NCBI GenBank assembly: GCA_030390025.1
Contig: CM059432.1
Coordinates: 13,578,001-13,642,000, forward strand
Reading direction: 5' to 3'
DNA from: Squalus acanthias
Taxonomy: Eukaryota
Length of the DNA: 64,000 nt
Part shown: positions 61,823 through 64,000 of the stretch, one piece after another
Numbering within the stretch: position 1 is the first letter of the stretch
Layout: the number at the start of each line of letters is the position of its first letter
The notes under the pieces: generated by a model
Told to the model about the DNA's origin: nothing
The model's input: the letters and a program-made list of their open reading frames with translations, nothing else
The model's database searches: none
Position numbers and translations under genes: made by a program

Positions 61823-64000
61823 CAAAGTAGACGTATGTGTATGTTCCAGCGAGGGGGTGGGGGGTCACTTAAAAACAAATCAGGAGCAGGAATCCTGGGT
61901 GATTTTGCTCATCCAACCCCAAGGGACACTAAAGCCAATAGATCAGCTGACACAGCACAGGTCAGAAATTAAAGTCGAGAACTTTTAGATGCACAACTCA
62001 GTCACACTCCTCCTTTACCAACCAAGCAAGACACCAGTTTTAAGGTGGCATTTCATTTCCCCACTGTTCTTATTGCTTCACACAGTTTTCTTCAGCTTAA
62101 GCTACTATGCCCTAACCACGCTTGCACGAGACAGAGTTCAAGTCCACTTTAGAATTTGAGCACATAATCGAAGGCTGATCAATTCAGTGCAGTCGTGAGG
62201 GACTGCTGCGTTGCCAGAGGTGCCATCTTTGAGGTGGGACATTAAGATGAGGCAACACCTGCCTATTCAGCCCATGGCTCTATTTGAAGAGGAGCAGGGA
62301 ATTCTCCCAGTGTCGAGGGCAACGTTCCTTCATCACCCAACATGACCAAAACAGACTGACTGGTCATTCCCCTGGTTGCTGTTTGTAAGACCTTGCTGTG
62401 TGCGAATTGGTTGCCATGATTGCAGGCAAAACAGTGACGGCACTTCAAAAATAATTAACTGGCTGTCAAACATTTTTAAATGTTCTGAATGCAAATGCAC
62501 TATAAAAATTATATATTTATTCTATATATGCGCAAGCTTTTTCCCCTTTCTAAACAGCTTTTGCTGAATAAGCAATGTGTTAAAACTTTTGTCCTGTTTT
62601 CATGGTTCAATGTCTTTTTAAAACAAAATGTCACCATAAGATGGAATGTATCTTATTGCTAATTTACTTAATCTGCAGGAGGCTTCACTTACAGAATAAA
62701 TGAACAGCAGGGCATCAGTCCAAGTCTATAATCTAATCAAGGTGCTCAGGAGACATTAGAAACCACAAGAGCAGAGATCGACTGGTCTATGAACATAGCT
62801 TGAATCGTACTGCAGATTTATTAAAGGAATCAGCAGCAGATTGTGGGGAAATTGTACATCCAACGTATACATTTCAGAAACTGCGATGTATCTCAGTGTT
62901 TTTGCAGATATTTTCCAATTACTTTTCCTTGAATATGGCCTACATCAGTATGACCACAATTGACAGAGGTCTAGCATTCCCAAGTCAAATATTTATGGTT
63001 CCACGTCTAATGGGCAACAATTTTCCCAGCAATTTTTTGTTTGGTGATAAGCATTGCTGGAATAGATTAATAAACCACTGCAGAGCAAAGCAGCTTTAAA
63101 GAATTAAATATGCCAAGAAGCCAGATAATGCCCCTTTAAACACTCAATCTAAATTGACAACAGGATGGAAACCAGTTGAGAGGTTTGAAGCATGTTATTT
63201 TCGCCACATCACCCCTAGATTAGGGGGTATATAAAAAAAAACAACCAAGGTTCCCGCTCCTGATTGCTATGCAGCGCCTCCTGGTGGAATGTTTGTGCGC
63301 CGATGTCGGGCAAAAAACATGATTGTTTGTTGACTGTCATGAATGGCCTCCATAGTCAAATAGCCTTCGAACATCAGCGCCCAGGTTCATAGGTGCAAAT
63401 GGCTACTTGGGGGAGGTACCGGAGGGCGGCCATCACCTGTGGAACCGTAGTCTAGTGCGAGTCAAAAGCTTCAGGAGAGAAAGACATTGGGGCGGAGGAG
63501 GAAGAAAAAAAAATAAAAATAAATGCATACTCCAGATTTGGGTAACTGAAAACAGAACTTTACAACACACTCTGCGTTCTGCCCAGAGCAGTGTTTTTAA
63601 TTAACCTTTCACTCCCAAGGATTTCAGAATATTCCAAAAGTTTCGAATGGCAAGTGACTATGTCCGATTTATAGAGAAGGGGGTTAAGAAGTGGGGGGGG
63701 GGGGGGGGGGGGGGAAGAAAAAGAATAAAATAATTGGCTAACATTTCCTGGAGAAAGTGTTCCAGCAGCCCTTAACCAGATGTGCACTGGCACGCACTGA
63801 CGCGACGAGCTTGTGCTTTTTAATCACAATGCACCCTGCGAAGAGGCGTTTGCGTGAGTTGTATCTCCGCCTTGAGGAATGCAGCAGGATAAGTCGACAG
63901 AGCTTGCTGCTCTGTGCGATAATGACTACAGGGAATGTGGGAGGCACTTTATGTGCCAGAATATTTATTTATTACTGAGGCCGACAGCCCTATACAAGTG

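Noticed and set aside
58340..64000. TWSG1 first coding exon (signal peptide, CNKALCASDVSKCLIQ-like)
   Set aside because: Not found on the minus strand here; presumably beyond position 64000.
1..64000. CRISPR array, operon or prokaryotic defence system
   Set aside because: No regularly spaced repeat-spacer array and no operon-like gene density; the spliced gene and vertebrate retroposons show this is eukaryotic DNA.

Overview
Vertebrate, almost certainly cartilaginous-fish (shark-like) genomic DNA, judged from the SacSINE1/Deu-SINE, CR1, RTE and Penelope repeat content. It is not prokaryotic. The only host gene I can support is TWSG1 (twisted gastrulation 1) on the minus strand. Three coding exons are present (58240-58339, 43302-43568, 32874-33055) with canonical GT-AG sites; the signal-peptide exon must lie beyond the window end. 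The rest is densely nested mobile DNA. (1) Two young, GC-rich Ty3/Gypsy elements with CsRn1-clade hallmarks (CHCC Gag, tRNA-Trp PBS, 4-bp TSD) lie head-to-head; their non-overlapping deletions together reconstruct a full gag-pol. (2) A decayed Tigger/pogo transposon is joined tail-to-tail to its own MITE. (3) At least four PIF/Harbinger-type non-autonomous elements with 3-bp TSDs occur, one inside a young LTR. (4) Penelope-like fragments carry minimal hammerhead-ribozyme motifs, one with an intact core. (5) There are many CR1, L2, RTE and SINE fragments. I cannot demonstrate a wholly new biological system; the best leads are the Gypsy pair, the hammerhead/Penelope structures and the Harbinger derivatives. 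Everything was read by eye without database searches, and boundaries of decayed repeats are approximate.
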